A stretch of 63,505 nucleotides of DNA, filler included, from Octopus bimaculoides (GCF_001194135.2; 6 parts of 6 records of this genome joined end to end with filler, not necessarily neighbours in it); one strand, 5' to 3'; positions 15,118 to 29,079 are shown, numbered from the whole stretch's first letter. Notes: a model not told the origin generated them from the sequence alone. Program-made: numbers and translations.

Positions 15118-15960
15118 GCAGGCGTGGCTGTGTGGTATGGTTCCGGGTTCAGTCCCACTGCGTGGCACCTTGGGCAAGTGTCTTCTACCATAGCCTTAGG
15201 TCAACCGAAGCCTTGTTGAATGGATCTGGTAGGCAGAAACTGAAAGAAGCCCGTCGTATATATATATATATATATNNNNNNNNNNNNNNNNNNNNNNNNN
15301 NNNNNNNNNNNNNNNNNNNNNNNNNNNNNNNNNNNNNNNNNNNNNNNNNNNNNNNNNNNNNNNNNNNNNNNNNNNNNNNNNNNNNNNNNNNNNNNNNNNN
15401 NNNNNNNNNNNNNNNNNNNNNNNNNNNNNNNNNNNNNNNNNNNNNNNNNNNNNNNNNNNNNNNNNNNNNNNNNNNNNNNNNNNNNNNNNNNNNNNNNNNN
15501 NNNNNNNNNNNNNNNNNNNNNNNNNNNNNNNNNNNNNNNNNNNNNNNNNNNNNNNNNNNNNNNNNNNNNNNNNNNNNNNNNNNNNNNNNNNNNNNNNNNN
15601 NNNNNNNNNNNNNNNNNNNNNNNNNNNNNNNNNNNNNNNNNNNNNNNNNNNNNNNNNNNNNNATATATATATATATTATATATGTATATATATTATATAT
15701 ACACACATACACATATATATATACATACACATTTATATTTGTGTGTGAGTGAGTGTGTGTACGTATTTGTGCTTTTGTTTCACCCACCACCACCATTGTC
15801 TGTAAACCGATGTTAGTTTGTTTACGTCCTTGTATTCTAGTGGTTCGGCAAAATAGACCGATAGAATAAGTACTAAGCTTACAAAGAATAAGTCCTAGGA
15901 TTGACTTATTCGACTAAAAGTGGTGCTCCAGCATGGCCGTAGTCAAATAACTGAAACAAT
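15118..15960 (+). mobile_element. SINE family A spanning a gap
   Basis: Head at 15118-15258 and tail at 15775-15960, both similar to the other copies. Confidence 0.8.
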
Positions 15961-15973
15961 AGAATACACCCAC

Positions 15974-16006
<33 letters not shown>

Positions 16007-16451
16007 CGTATATATATATCTATATTGGTGTGTGTGTGTGTGTATATATATATATGTATAAATAGAGAAAAGACTAACTAGCCGGTATACAGCACTTACT
16101 CGGTATTACCTGTATCTTTCGGTTTGGTTAAATCAAATACCCTACCTTAACCTTATATATATTCGCGTGTCGACCTGTCTGTGTATATGTGTGTGCTGAA
16201 TGTATAGGTGTGTATATCTTACTTTTTCCCGCTTCGTGTTTTTAGATCATACTTTCCCACTGTCTGCTACAATTCTTATCACACACACAGAACGCAACAC
16301 AAAGAAGTGTCTTATCTGCTCTAATTCCTTTCCCCACCCAGCTCTTTTTTTATTATTATTTTTTTTACACTTCGCGCTACCGTTTGCTTTTAGTTAGGTA
16401 TTCGCGCGCGCACGCATACACACTCAAGGACGACTGCTGCTGCTGCCGCAA

Positions 16452-16496
<45 letters not shown>

Positions 16497-17454
16497 GCTG
16501 CTACTACTATCTCCCTATTGTCTCTCTCTTTTTTTTTTCTCTTTTCCCCTTCTTCCTCTCTATCACTCGCTTATTTTATGTTTGACTCATTCACTCGTGT
16601 GGTATTCATTGAACATAGTTTTACGTAGGCATAGTCGTATAAAATGTTCAGGTTCATTCAAAGAAGCACCTGCTTTTATCTATGCTGCACATGTACAAAA
16701 TGAAAACAGCCAGAGTTGGGGAGCCTTTATATCGTGACTCGACTAGCTTGCTATACAATGCCTGAGGGGGGAAATGGGACAAGTATTGTTGAGAACGCCC
16801 TTAATCATAGATACTTTTATTTCAAGGCTGATCTACAACTAAACAACATAAAGATGTACACGTTCTTGATTTTTTTTTTTTTATATTTGTTTTGCTTCAG
16901 TTATTGGTCTGCGACCATGGGAAACTACTTTGAAGTCTTTCGTCATACAAAACGACTGCAGTATGGTATTTTTTTTTTTTTTTGCTAGGGCGTTATCAAA
17001 CCAACACCGGTTATTAAGTAATAGGAGACATACACGTTAATACACACACACACTCACTCACACATCTGTCAATCTGTGACCGGCTGCGGCACAGTTTTCG
17101 TGCAGTTACCAAACCCAACTCACAAAACATATAAAGCTCTCCAGCAGAAAGACACTTGCTGAAGTTGCCGCACAGTGGGACTGAACCTGAAACCACGTGG
17201 TTAAGAAACGAGCGTTTTTAACCACTTAGCTATACTCGCATATACACTTATATAAATATAGAAATATACAAGCCACTATGTAGCCGTTTGATCAATTAGA
17301 AATAGCAGCCAAATCTCCTTCAAACTACACCGTACCGTCTCTTAAATACGGACACATTGAATAGCACAGTAAGTGATTTACAAATAGACGGAATGGTCGC
17401 GTCAAGGACGCCTTTTATCATAGGTCTGCGTGATAAGGAATGCCGTTGCTCATT

Positions 17455-17558
17455 GCAACTAGGTTTCCCAAGATATCACCCATATATATATACTAAATCT
17501 GATCAACGTTGTTTAACTTCTGTGGTCAAACGAGCGCTGGTACATTCATGGTCATAAG
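17455..17558 (-). pseudogene. Degenerate 5S rRNA-derived sequence (pseudogene or SINE3 head)
   Basis: Plus strand GGTTTCCCA..TCACCCAT..TACTAA..ACGTTGTTTAACTTCTGTGGTCAAACGAG aligns collinearly to the reverse complement of invertebrate 5S rRNA (TCACCCATCCAAGTACTAAC..ACGTTGCTTAACTTCGGTGATCGGACGAG, recalled). Confidence 0.6.
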
Positions 17559-17597
17559 CACAAAGCCAAATTACTATATTAACATAGTTATAGCATT

Positions 17598-17930
17598 GGT
17601 GCAGGAGTGGTAGTGCGGTAAGCTGCTTACTTCCCAACCACGTGGTTTGTGGTTCAGTCCCATTGCATGGCACCTTGGACAAGTGTCTAGTACTATAGCC
17701 TCAGGTAGATGGAAGTCGAGTATATATATATATATGTGTGTGTTTGTTTGTCTCTAACCACCGCTTGGCAACCGGTGTTGGTGTGTTTACATCCCTGTAA
17801 ATTAGCGGTTCGGCAAAAGAGACCGATAGAATAAGAACCAAGTTTTAAAAAAATTCATTCGACAAAAATTTAAGATTCTTCCTGGTGATGCACCAGCATG
17901 GCCGCAATCTAATGACCGAATCAAGTAAAA
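17598..17930 (+). mobile_element. SINE family A, diverged
   Basis: GCAGGAGTGG..GGTTCAGTCCCATTGCATGGCACCTTGGACAAGTG head and CAGCATGGCCGCA tail. Confidence 0.8.
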
Positions 17931-19644
17931 TAATGAAAAAAAAAAAAAACAGCCGTGTGGTTCAGAAAGTAGCGTCAATACCACAAGTTTCCGTGTTCGA
18001 TCTGTCTTTGAGCTCTAGTTTTCTGTTGGCCAATGGAATTTAAAGGGCAATTATGGTTGATTCGGTTGATACTCTCTATTAGACTTGTTTTATCGACCCC
18101 GAGACAGGAAGTAAATTCTTCCACACTGAATTCGAAAGCGGAACGTAAACCCGATTGTTGGCCTTACAAGACCTAATAATAAAGGTGTTGTTTAGTCGCA
18201 AGTCAGAACTGGTTGAGAAGACCTATGATCAAAGAAAATCCAGCCATGACAATCCTNNNNNNNNNNNNNNNNNNNNNNNNNNNNNNNNNNNNNNNNNNNN
18301 NNNNNNNNNNNNNNNNNNNNNNNNNNNNNNNNNNNNNNNNNNNNNNNNNNNNNNNNNNNNNNNNNNNNNNNNNNNNNNNNNNNNNNNNNNNNNNNNNNNN
18401 NNNNNNNNNNNNNNNNNNNNNNNNNNNNNNNNNNNNNNNNNNNNNNNNNNNNNNNNNNNNNNNNNNNNNNNNNNNNNNNNNNNNNNNNNNNNNNNNNNNN
18501 NNNNNNNNNNNNNNNNNNNNNNNNNNNNNNNNNNNNNNNNNNNNNNNNNNNNNNNNNNNNNNNNNNNNNNNNNNNNNNNNNNNNNNNNNNNNNNNNNNNN
18601 NNNNNNNNNNNNNNNNNNNNNNNNNNNNNNNNNNNNNNNNNNNNNNNNNNNNNNNNNNNNNNNNNNNNNNNNNNNNNNNNNNNNNNNNNNNNNNNNNNNN
18701 NNNNNNNNNNNNNNNNNNNNNNNNNNNNNNNNNNNNNNNNNNNNNNNNNNNNNNNNNNNNNNNNNNNNNNNNNNNNNNNNNNNNNNNNNNNNNNNNNNNN
18801 NNNNNNNNNNNNNNNNNNNNNNNNNNNNNNNNNNNNNNNNNNNNNNNNNNNNNNNNNNNNNNNNNNNNNNNNNNNNNNNNNNNNNNNNNNNNNNNNNNNN
18901 NNNNNNNNNNNNNNNNNNNNNNNNNNNNNNNNNNNNNNNNNNNNNNNNNNNNNNNNNNNNNNNNNNNNNNNNNACTGAGATGCCTAAAATAAAGAACAAG
19001 ATTTTAAAAAAGTGGGGTGGTTTGATTTAATCTGTTGATCGTTTCCCTCTGTACCTATCTTAAAGTTTTTTGTTCTGTCGTCCCTGCCATCCCATCTACC
19101 TGCAGATTTTCTCATGTTCTTAAGACATGCTTGAAATAATAGCTAAATATTTTTGAAATCATGCATGATGTCTTAAATAAAGAAGGCTACATTAGAGAAC
19201 GTAGCCCCAAAATTATGCAGATAAGACTGTCACAATCGTAACATTTTTCATGTCAGTCTGATAAGAAACGAGCTGGGCTTAGAAAGCAACTACGACAGTC
19301 ATATTGTCTTTCTTTCTTTCATTTTACATTTTTACATGTGTAAAAGCTTCAAAAGTAGGAAAGAAGTGTTTATCAGTGTTTATTAGAATTTAACGTTTCT
19401 CTGTAGTCTCTTAAAAGATCTTTATAATACAAAACGTGATACATCCAAGCATGTGATATCCTGGGCAATTACCGAATTTGCCGTCATTTTCAGCTAGTCC
19501 TGACTCGCTATCTGGATAAACAGTAACTAGATGTTGTAAGTTACATTACTAAAGAAAACTGCTGGAGACGTTAGGGGTGTCGTGGTGGGAGGAGAATGAG
19601 TTGGAGTATTTCTTCGGGTGCTCAGTGTTCAAATCCCACCGAGC

Positions 19645-20841
19645 CAGCGCTGGATTATTAACAATTAAGGAAAATAAGCATTTGTTTTGGGCATCAAGGG
19701 ATCGGGGGCACCACAGAAATAGTTGATGGTTTACGGCACAAAAAAAAATTAATTAATATAAATTTGCTTAAATAATATTCGATTGTGGAGGCGCAATGGC
19801 CCAGTGGTTAGGGCAGCGGACTCGCGGTCATAGGATCGCGGTTTCGATTCCTAGACCGGGCGTTGTGAGTGTTTATTGAGCGTAAACACCTAAAGCTCCA
19901 CGAAGCTCCGGCAGGGGATGGTGGCGAACTCTGCTGTACTCTTCTACCATAACCTTCTCTCAGTCTTACTTCCTGTTTCTGTNNNNNNNNNNNNNNNNNN
20001 NNNNNNNNNNNNNNNNNNNNNNNNNNNNNNNNNNNNNNNNNNNNNNNNNNNNNNNNNNNNNNNNNNNNNNNNNNNNNNNNNNNNNNNAAGGGATCGGGGG
20101 CACCACAGAAATAGTTGATGGTTTACGGCACAAAAAAAAATTAATTAATATAAATTTGCTTAAATAATATTCGATTGTGGAGGCGCAATGGCCCAGTGGT
20201 TAGGGCAGCGGACTCGCGGTCATAGGATCGCGGTTTCGATTCCTAGACCGGGCGTTGTGAGTGTTTATTGAGCGTAAACACCTAAAGCTCCACGAAGCTC
20301 CGGCAGGGGATGGTGGCGAACTCTGCTGTACTCTTCTACCATAACTTTCTCTCAGTCTTACTTCCGGTTTCTGTTGTGCCTGTAATTGAAAGGGTCAGCC
20401 TTGTCACACTGTGTCACGCTGAATATCACCGAGAACTACGTTAAGGGTACACGTGTCTGTGGAGTGCTCGGCTTTGTACGTTAATTTCACGAGCAGGCTG
20501 TTCCGTTGATCGGATCAACTGGAACTCTTGACGTCGTAAGCGACGGAGTGCCAACAACGATATTTGATGGGATTGGAAAAATAATTTCGAAGCGTTCATG
20601 GAGTCATAGTGAGGTATTGATCAAAGACTTTACAATCAAAAACAAGTTGGAGAAAACCATTCAAGTATAAATAAAGTGGAAATATACAAAAATAAACATT
20701 AGTTTCCATCTAACTGTTACTTTTGTTTTATTTTGAACAATAAAAGTTTATTTTATTGTTAATTATTGTTTATATTTTGAATTACATATATATGGAGGGT
20801 ACCAAAGTCTTTTGAGTGCTTGGGGTCTTAATCCGCCTCTG
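19645..20841. mobile_element. hAT-type MITE with 8-bp TSD, carrying an inserted tRNA-SINE
   Basis: TIRs CAGCGCTGGATTA / TAATCCGCCTCTG; flanks CACCGAGC (19637-19644) and CACCGAAC (20842-20849), a 7/8 TSD. A related 3' end is at about 41805-41887. Confidence 0.7.
20177..20558 (+). mobile_element. tRNA-derived SINE family B, full length (other copies at 19785-19982, 37005-37258, 45267-45647)
   Basis: Head GGAGGCGCAATGGCCCAGTGGTTAGGGCAGCGGACTCGCGG..GGTTTCGATTCC with A and B boxes; conserved body; ends GACGGAGTGCCAACAAC. Confidence 0.85.
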
Positions 20842-21153
20842 CACCGAACTTAAGTTTGTGTTCCTTCACTTTTAGAGAGAGGAGTCTTTCTATTTATAAA
20901 TAGAATTCAAAGTCCTCTGCTAGAATCAATTTATTTCTTTCTTCACAATTTTGCACACTCGATGGAGTTAGCTGAAGTCGGACCCAGAGACGAATGGTTA
21001 CTGCTAGGCTTCTATGAACAAAACGCTATATTTCAAAACAGTTTCCTCTAAAACCCAATCGAGAGATGAGCAATCAAAGAGAGGAAGACAATCCTACCTT
21101 CTGGCTAAGTCATATTTAGAAGTTTTGTTTTAGACTACATGGTTATAATACAC

Positions 21154-21190
<37 letters not shown>

Positions 21191-23526
21191 CCCAACCCAC
21201 CCCGATTATTCTCTTCCTTTCACCGTTCCCTCTCTCACGCCTCCTCCTTGACCCTCTCGTCGCTGACACGTGACGAAAGGGATTCTTTCTTTCTATTTCC
21301 TGCCTTCCTATAGAGAAGACGCAAATTTTTTTACTCTCTAACTAGCGTTCAAAATAATTTTTCTATCATCTTGGTCTAACAGCCCTTACCGTTTGTTCTC
21401 ACTGTTCTGTCTTGTTTTTACTGTCTTGTTCTCACTGTCCTGTTCTTGCATACACTTTCACCCTCCGCAAAAATTTCCAAATCTTAATTAATTTGCTTGC
21501 GGGAAGGACTGCTCCAACGAAGTCGTGTATTGTCCTTGCCTTCGAAACGCGGAGTAAATGGAGCAGAGACAACTGACGAAGGGTAATATTCTTTATGTTG
21601 CATGTCTCGTTTCTCTGTTTGTTTGTTTTTTTTCGTTGTTCGAAAAAAAAGTTCGTTTTCTGTCTTCGTCTTTATGTCTTCGTTTCTCATTGTGTTTAAC
21701 GTTTTTTGTGATGTCCTGTACCCATATATGCTTGTATGTATACATATAGATGTCGGTATGTACATATATGTATGGATATATGCATATAATTATATGNNNN
21801 NNNNNNNNNNNNNNNNNNNNNNNNNNNNNNNNNNNNNNNNNNNNNNNNNNNNNNNNNNNNNNNNNNNNNNNNNNNNNNNNNNNNNNNNNNNNNNNNNNNN
21901 NNNNNNNNNNNNNNNNNNNNNNNNNNNNNNNNNNNNNNNNNNNNNNNNNNNNNNNNNNNNNNNNNNNNNNNNNNNNNNNNNNNNNNNNNNNNNNNNNNNN
22001 NNNNNNNNNNNNNNNNNNNNNNNNNNNNNNNNNNNNNNNNNNNNNNNNNNNNNNNNNNNNNNNNNNNNNNNNNNNNNNNNNNNNNNNNNNNNNNNNNNNN
22101 NNNNNNNNNNNNNNNNNNNNNNNNNNNNNNNNNNNNNNNNNNNNNNNNNNNNNNNNNNNNNNNNNNNNNNNNNNNNNNNNNNNNNNNNNNNNNNNNNNNN
22201 NNNNNNNNNNNNNNNNNNNNNNNNNNNNNNNNNNNNNNNNNNNNNNNNNNNNNNNNNNNNNNNNNNNNNNNNNNNNNNNNNNNNNNNNNNNNNNNNNNNN
22301 NNNNNNNNNNNNNNNNNNNNNNNNNNNNNNNNNNNNNNNNNNNNNNNNNNNNNNNNNNNNNNNNNNNNNNNNNNNNNNNNNNNNNNNNNNNNNNNNNNNN
22401 NNNNNTCTAACAGCCCTTACCGTTTGTTCTCACTGTTCTGTCTTGTTTTTACTGTCTTGTTCTCACTGTCCTGTTCTTGCATACACTTTCACCCTCCGCA
22501 AAAATTTCCAAATCTTAATTAATTTGCTTGCGGGAAGGACTGCTCCAACGAAGTCGTGTATTGTCCTTGCCTTCGAAACGCGGAGTAAATGGAGCAGAGA
22601 CAACTGACGAAGGGTAATATTCTTTATGTTGCATGTCTCGTTTCTCTGTTTGTTTGTTTTTTTTCGTTGTTCGAAAAAAAAGTTCGTTTTCTGTCTTCGT
22701 CTTTATGTCTTCGTTTCTCATTGTGTTTAACGTTTTTTGTGATGTCCTGTACCCATATATGCTTGTATGTATACATATAGATGTCGGTATGTACATATAT
22801 GTATGGATATATGCATATAATTATATGAGTATATAATTAAATGAGTATATGCATATATACGTACATGTATGTACATACTTACATCTACCTGTATATATAG
22901 ATGCATATTTGGGTACAGGACAATGTAAACAAAGCGTAGACAAAATGATAGACGAGTACAGAAAACACACAGACCACATAGAGAACATTCACTTTATCAG
23001 CTGCCCCAATTCTAACACAGGCGTGACAAGGCTAGTGACAGCAAGTAAATGTCTCCTTGTTTGTCGCTTTTAGACAAATGTCAAAGGTTAAAAACTTAGA
23101 TGTTAGTGTTGTTCACTGTTTATTGTCACAAGTTGTGTTACCATGCTGAATCTACTACTGTGGGACATATATTGGTTTCAAATTTTAGCACAAGGCCAGC
23201 AGTTTGGAGGAAGGGGCTAAGTCGATTAAATCGCCCCCGCTTCCCCAGTACTCAACTGGTACTTATTTTATCGACCTCGAAAGGATAAAAGGCAGAGTCT
23301 ACTCCGGCGGAATTTGAACTTATAACGTAAAGAGGGACGAAATATCGCTAAGTATTTTGCCCAGCAAGCTAATGATTCTTCTAGCTCGCCATCTTCCTCT
23401 TGCACAAATTTCAATTTAAAAGTAGAAACCTTGGGCCATTTTTTTAACAGAAAATAATTCACAGACGTGAGTTAATTCTAGGCTTTGCAGTGTATTATTA
23501 ACCTTGAAAACAAAATACGTTCAGAT

Positions 23527-24072
23527 ACTCTTTTACTTGTTTCAGTCATTTTGACTGTGGCTATACTGGAGCACGGCCTTTAGTCGATCAAATCGACCCC
23601 AGGACTTATTCTTTGTAAGCCTAGTACTTATTCTATCGGTCTCTTTTGCCGAACNNNNNNNNNNNNNNNNNNNNNNNNNNNNNNNNNNNNNNNNNNNNNN
23701 NNNNNNNNNNNNNNNNNNNNNNNNNNNNNNNNNNNNNNNNNNNNNNNNNNNNNNNNNNNNNNNNNNNNNNNNNNNNNNNNNNNNNNNNNNNNNNNNNNNN
23801 NNNNNNNNNNNNNNNNNNNNNNNNNNNNNNNNNNNNNNNNNNNNNNNNNNNNNNNNNNNNATATATATATATATATATATACACACACATATATATATAT
23901 ACATATACATATATACGATGGGCTTCTTTCAGTTTCCGTCTACCAAATTCACTCACAAGGCTTTGGTCGGCCCGAGGCTATAGTAGAATACACTTGCCCA
24001 AGGTGTCACGCAGTGGGACTGAACCCGGAACCATGTGGTTCGTAAGTAAGCTACTTACCACACAGCCACTCC
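23527..24072 (-). mobile_element. SINE family A spanning a gap
   Basis: Both halves match the family consensus seen at 4278-4704. Confidence 0.85.
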
Positions 24073-25117
24073 TATTATCACAATACTACTAAAACAGAAC
24101 TGGTATTTAATTAGAAATTTCATATCTTTTTGAGGGTGTGCCGCGCTCATATGGCGCACCCAGAACGTTCCTCAATGAAGTTGAACCTATTCAACTAACC
24201 TATTATATAATTGTTTCGAAGGCAAATACAACTTGTCCTTTGCACGCAATTGGATTTTACAGAAAGTTTAAAAAGCTATGACGACATGAAATGCTGAGTC
24301 GGTAAAGTTAATTCTTCTGAATGGGAAACAGGATATTTTTGCAAGTTCGAAAGACATCGCATGAGACTAGTTAATATATGATAATTAATATTTAAACTGG
24401 ATAATTTATTATAATTAACATTCAGACTAGATTGATTCATTTGATTAATATTTTAAGTAGATAGATAATTTATGACAATTACCATTTAGTTTAGTTAAAG
24501 CAGTGGCGTTTGTATTAGAGCAGAAACGTTAAGTCCTAGAACAAAATTCCTGGCAATTTTAAGCTTTATCTCTTGATATTTTGAATTCGAATCCCACCAA
24601 TGTCAGCAATCGCTTTCATTCGTCCTAAGATCAATCAAATAAGTCCTAATAAATTTTGTTGGTGCGATTTAGCCTCAGTTCAACATTGACCGAACAAAAC
24701 TCTGATTAAGAAAAAACAATGCATTAGATACGATGCAGATTTTTGTACATCTAGAAATCTTTTGCATTGCCAACACCAAACAAGATATCTATATTGTGTT
24801 GGAGGAGATTTGCAAAATACACACTTTATCAGTTAATTAGGACATAACCAGATTTAGTGAAGCTGTTGATCTTGTCATGGATAGGAATCAGCATTGAGCT
24901 TACACGACTTACGTTGCGGAATATTTTTTATGTTCCTTGTATTAATTATTTTACCGCACATGAGGAAAATGAAAACGAGAAAGAATCACTAAGTCACTTA
25001 ATCGGCTAGATATAACAGTAAAGACGTCTTCAAATCACGTCCTACAGCCACCGAAGAGGAAAGGATACTTTGGATAATATAGTATAGGAACAGAATAATG
25101 ACATTTCATCTTTTATC

Positions 25118-25450
25118 GCTTATATGTTTCAGTCATTGGAATGCGGCCATGCTGGGACACCGCTTTGAAAGATTTGGTCGAACAAATCGACCCAGGTACT
25201 CATTTTCAACGTCTGGTACCTATTCCATCGGTCTCTTTTGCGAAGACGTAAACAAACCAGCACCGGTTGTCAAGCATCTCTCTCTCTCTCACCCCCCTAC
25301 ACACACCTATCGGGCTTCTCTCAGTTTTTGCTTATCAAATCCACTCACAAGGCTTTGGTCGGTTTGAGGGTATATTAGAAGACACTTGCTCAAGGTGTAG
25401 TATAGTAAGATTGAACCGAAGATCACATGGCAAGGATGCAAGCTTCTTGC
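25118..25450 (-). mobile_element. SINE family A, older diverged copy
   Basis: GTTTCAGTCATTGG..GCGGCCATGCTGG..AAATCCACTCACAAGGCTTTGGTCGG. Confidence 0.7.
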
Positions 25451-26025
25451 CTACACAGCAACCTCTGCAAAGAGAGAGAAAGAGATGGGTACTTTATGGT
25501 TAAAATAGTGCATGTTGAGGACGGTGCCAGGGTTAAACATCTACAACTTCCACAATAATAACAAATGTCTTTATTTCTCCATTATTTTGTACCCCGAGAT
25601 GTCTTATAAAATTTAGCAAACTTCCCTGGAAGTCAAAAATACATACGTTTCAGGGCAAACGGCTCGTCAGGAAAGTAACAGAGTTTCACTGAAAACGTCA
25701 GTAATCTTGTCTTCCCAGGACAAAGTAGCTTACTAAATTTTTCGAAATTTAGTCATTGACATTTTGCACTAGATTAGATTTCTGATTCCGGCTTTCAATC
25801 CCAAATCACAATACAGCTTATTTTGTTTCCAGATTTCTTTTGAGAAGAGTCGCAAGACCATTAACTTAGAAGTGGCTGTGGTGAATAAGAAAATGTAACA
25901 TTCAAACCTTTCCAAATAAATGATTTTTATTTGTGAATATGCGGCAAAGGGACATCGAGAAGACCGATCAATGAAAACAGATTAACTGAAAGAAAAAAAA
26001 GTAAAATAGAATGGTGCGTGTGTAT

Positions 26026-26070
<45 letters not shown>

Positions 26071-26899
26071 CGTGTGTGTATGTGTGCGTGTGTGTATACA
26101 AAAATACATACACATGTGATTGTATATATATACGTATGTTCTTTTATTTAGTACGTTCTGTCATTTTACACGATTCTTCAAAAGATTAGTAAAATTTATT
26201 TATTGCTACTACTTTACTTGAGCAAGCTCTACTTGTCCAAGTGCTAAGTTACGAGATATAAAAGCACATAACATATATACAACACCGTTTTTTAGATTAG
26301 CAAAAAATGTAATTACAAACATACACACACTCTCGCACACGCACACTCACATATATGCTTATCCATGGTTGTAAATGTATGTATGCATGTATGTATGTAT
26401 ACTAGCTAGATAAGTAGATAAATATCAAGGTATGTAGGTTGGTTGATAGGTAAATAGATAAATCGATAGGTAGGTAGGTAGGTAGGTAGGTAGGTAGGTG
26501 GGTAGGTAAATTCGTGGCTTGGTAGGTTGGTGGCCAGCCATGTTTGTATGTACGGCGTCGTGCTGAAAAGTTCTTGGCTTTGGGTAAGTTAAAATACAGG
26601 AGGATCAGTCAATTATGACTTCATTCAACACATTCCCCTCTCAGATTCACAGTTATTGCGGCCATGCTGGTGCACCACTTACAAATAATTTAGCCGAACG
26701 AAACGACGCCAGTACTTCCTCTTTTTACCGCCTGGCACTTATTTGACCGGTTTGTTTTGCCGAACAGCAATGTTATGGGGACGTAAACACACCAACACCG
26801 CTTGTCAAGCGGTGGTGGGACACACACACTAACACAAAGACACATCCAAGTATATGTGTATACACATCTATCTATCTACCTATCTATCTATCACACACA

Positions 26900-26963
<64 letters not shown>

Positions 26964-27164
26964 NNNNNNNNNNNNNNNNNNNNNNNNNNNNNNNNNNNNN
27001 NNNNNNNNNNNNNNNNNNNNNNNNNNNNNNNNNNNNNNNNNNNNNNNNNNNNNNNNNNNNNNNNNNNNNNNNNNNNNNNNNNNNNNNNNNNNNNNNNNNN
27101 NNNNNNNNNNNNNNNNNNNNNNNNNNNNNNNNNNNNNNNNNNNNNNNNNNNNNNNNNNNNNNNN

Positions 27165-27213
<49 letters not shown>

Positions 27214-28019
27214 GACAGAGAGACAGAGAATTAATACAGAGAAAAGTGTGCTATGTTTTACCAAAAAGTAAAATTATAATTGTCACAAAATGTGACTAGG
27301 ACGTTAGAAACACCTATATTGCTAGAAATAAGAGCTAAAGTACCCTAATGCTGTACTCAAAATGTATAAATAATTGCATACATAACTGTGTACATACTTA
27401 CTGACACGATATGTGTGTATGTATGTATATATACATACACGCACAAGACGTTAGTCATCCCGAGGCTGTTGTAGGGGACATTTGCTCAAGGGACCACAGA
27501 CTGGTACTGAACCCGTTGTGTATATACATGTGCGTATGTGTGTAGGTCAGTATGTATGTAATTATATATGTATGTGAGTATATAGAATTGTATGTACACA
27601 CACACAGACACACATACACGCAAGCGTATACAACCGAACGTATATATGCACATGCTTTAATACATGTATGTATATGTGTATGCATGTATATATCTGAATA
27701 CGTGTTTATGTACACACGCCCACACAAAGAGATATATACAGAGAAATAGTGAGAGAAGGAGAAACAGGGGAAGAATGAGAGAGGGAGAATGGGGAAGAGG
27801 GGGAGAGACAGACAAGGTGAGAGAGAGAGAGAGGGGTTTGGGAGAAAGAAAGAAACAACACAGGCTGGAAAACAACCACTTTATTTTATCTTAAACTTAA
27901 ATCGTTATAGCCCCGTTTAAATCAGCAGTGTACAGTGTGTACGTGAACGCATGCCTACGCGTGTGAGAGTGTGTATGTGTGTGCGTGCGCGTGAGTGTTT
28001 AACATTGCATTTTTATTTT

Positions 28020-28053
<34 letters not shown>

Positions 28054-28676
28054 GTTTACTCGTTTNNNNNNNNNNNNNNNNNNNNNNNNNNNNNNNNNNN
28101 NNNNNNNNNTTAATTAATTAANNNNNNNNNNNNNNNNNNNNNNNNNNNNNNNNNNNNNNNNNNNNTATAGATATATATATATATGCATATTTGTGTGGGA
28201 GGTGTCGGTGGGGGGTGTAAATGTGTAATTCTGTGTATGTAGTTCTGTGTGTATATATATAATTTAGCTGCGCATATAGATATTAAAATGATGTATATCC
28301 TTTACATACATCAGAAAATGAAGTGTGGGAGGGTAAGTGAATCCGTCAAAGAAGAAAGATGCATGGCGAATATATCAGTAAATTGTATGTTGCTTAAGCA
28401 GTGTGTTACGTTGGTGCTAATATTAGAATATAAGAATATTTTCTGATCTGTTGTTTAAAAGTTTGCGAGTTCGATTGTCGCTAATGTACCATCCGAACAT
28501 TTTACATTTTAGTCGTCCGTATACATAATTTTGTAGTCCAACTGTAAGATTAGCAACTTTGTAAGTTACCAAAATATATTTCTGTGAAGAAGAGGAAGAA
28601 TTTTTATTTTATTCTTAGTTAATTTGAAATGAAAAACAATGACAACATTAAGAACAGCAATTTTGTAATTGACTAT

Positions 28677-28726
<50 letters not shown>

Positions 28727-29045
28727 TGATATATTTATATATACATATCCTTGCGCCCACATATATACACAGAGATATACGCATACACCGCACGCACACG
28801 CATATTCATGTATACATGTATATACGTATATATACGCATTCATGCAAAAATACGCATATACGCTCACACCCTCTCGTATGCATATACACACACATATATG
28901 CATATATACGTACTCTTCTTATCCATCACTCTTAAAAAGAAAACAATATAGATCTCTTTGGTCAATTAATGCCCATTGGTTAATGAAATTTTGAATTAGT
29001 GAGCTTACGCCATATCGTTTCAAGGAAGGTATATTTATTCTGAAC

Positions 29046-29079
<34 letters not shown>

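Noticed and set aside
19785-19860. tRNA-like sequences (also at 20177, 42909, 43876, 45267, 55880)
   Set aside because: A/B boxes are present but there is no complete cloverleaf or acceptor stem, and each continues into a shared SINE body; these are SINE heads, not tRNA genes.
19696-20374. Direct duplication 19696-19982 / 20088-20374 across a gap
   Set aside because: Near-identical contig ends either side of Ns; most likely an unmerged haplotype overlap rather than a tandem duplication.
21566-21608. GAGAC..CTGACGA..GTCTC hammerhead-like segment
   Set aside because: It lacks the GAAA strand of the core; at best a decayed PLE terminus.
21375-22827. Direct duplication 21375-21796 / 22406-22827 across a gap
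   Set aside because: Same pattern of identical overlapping contig ends; an assembly artefact is likely.
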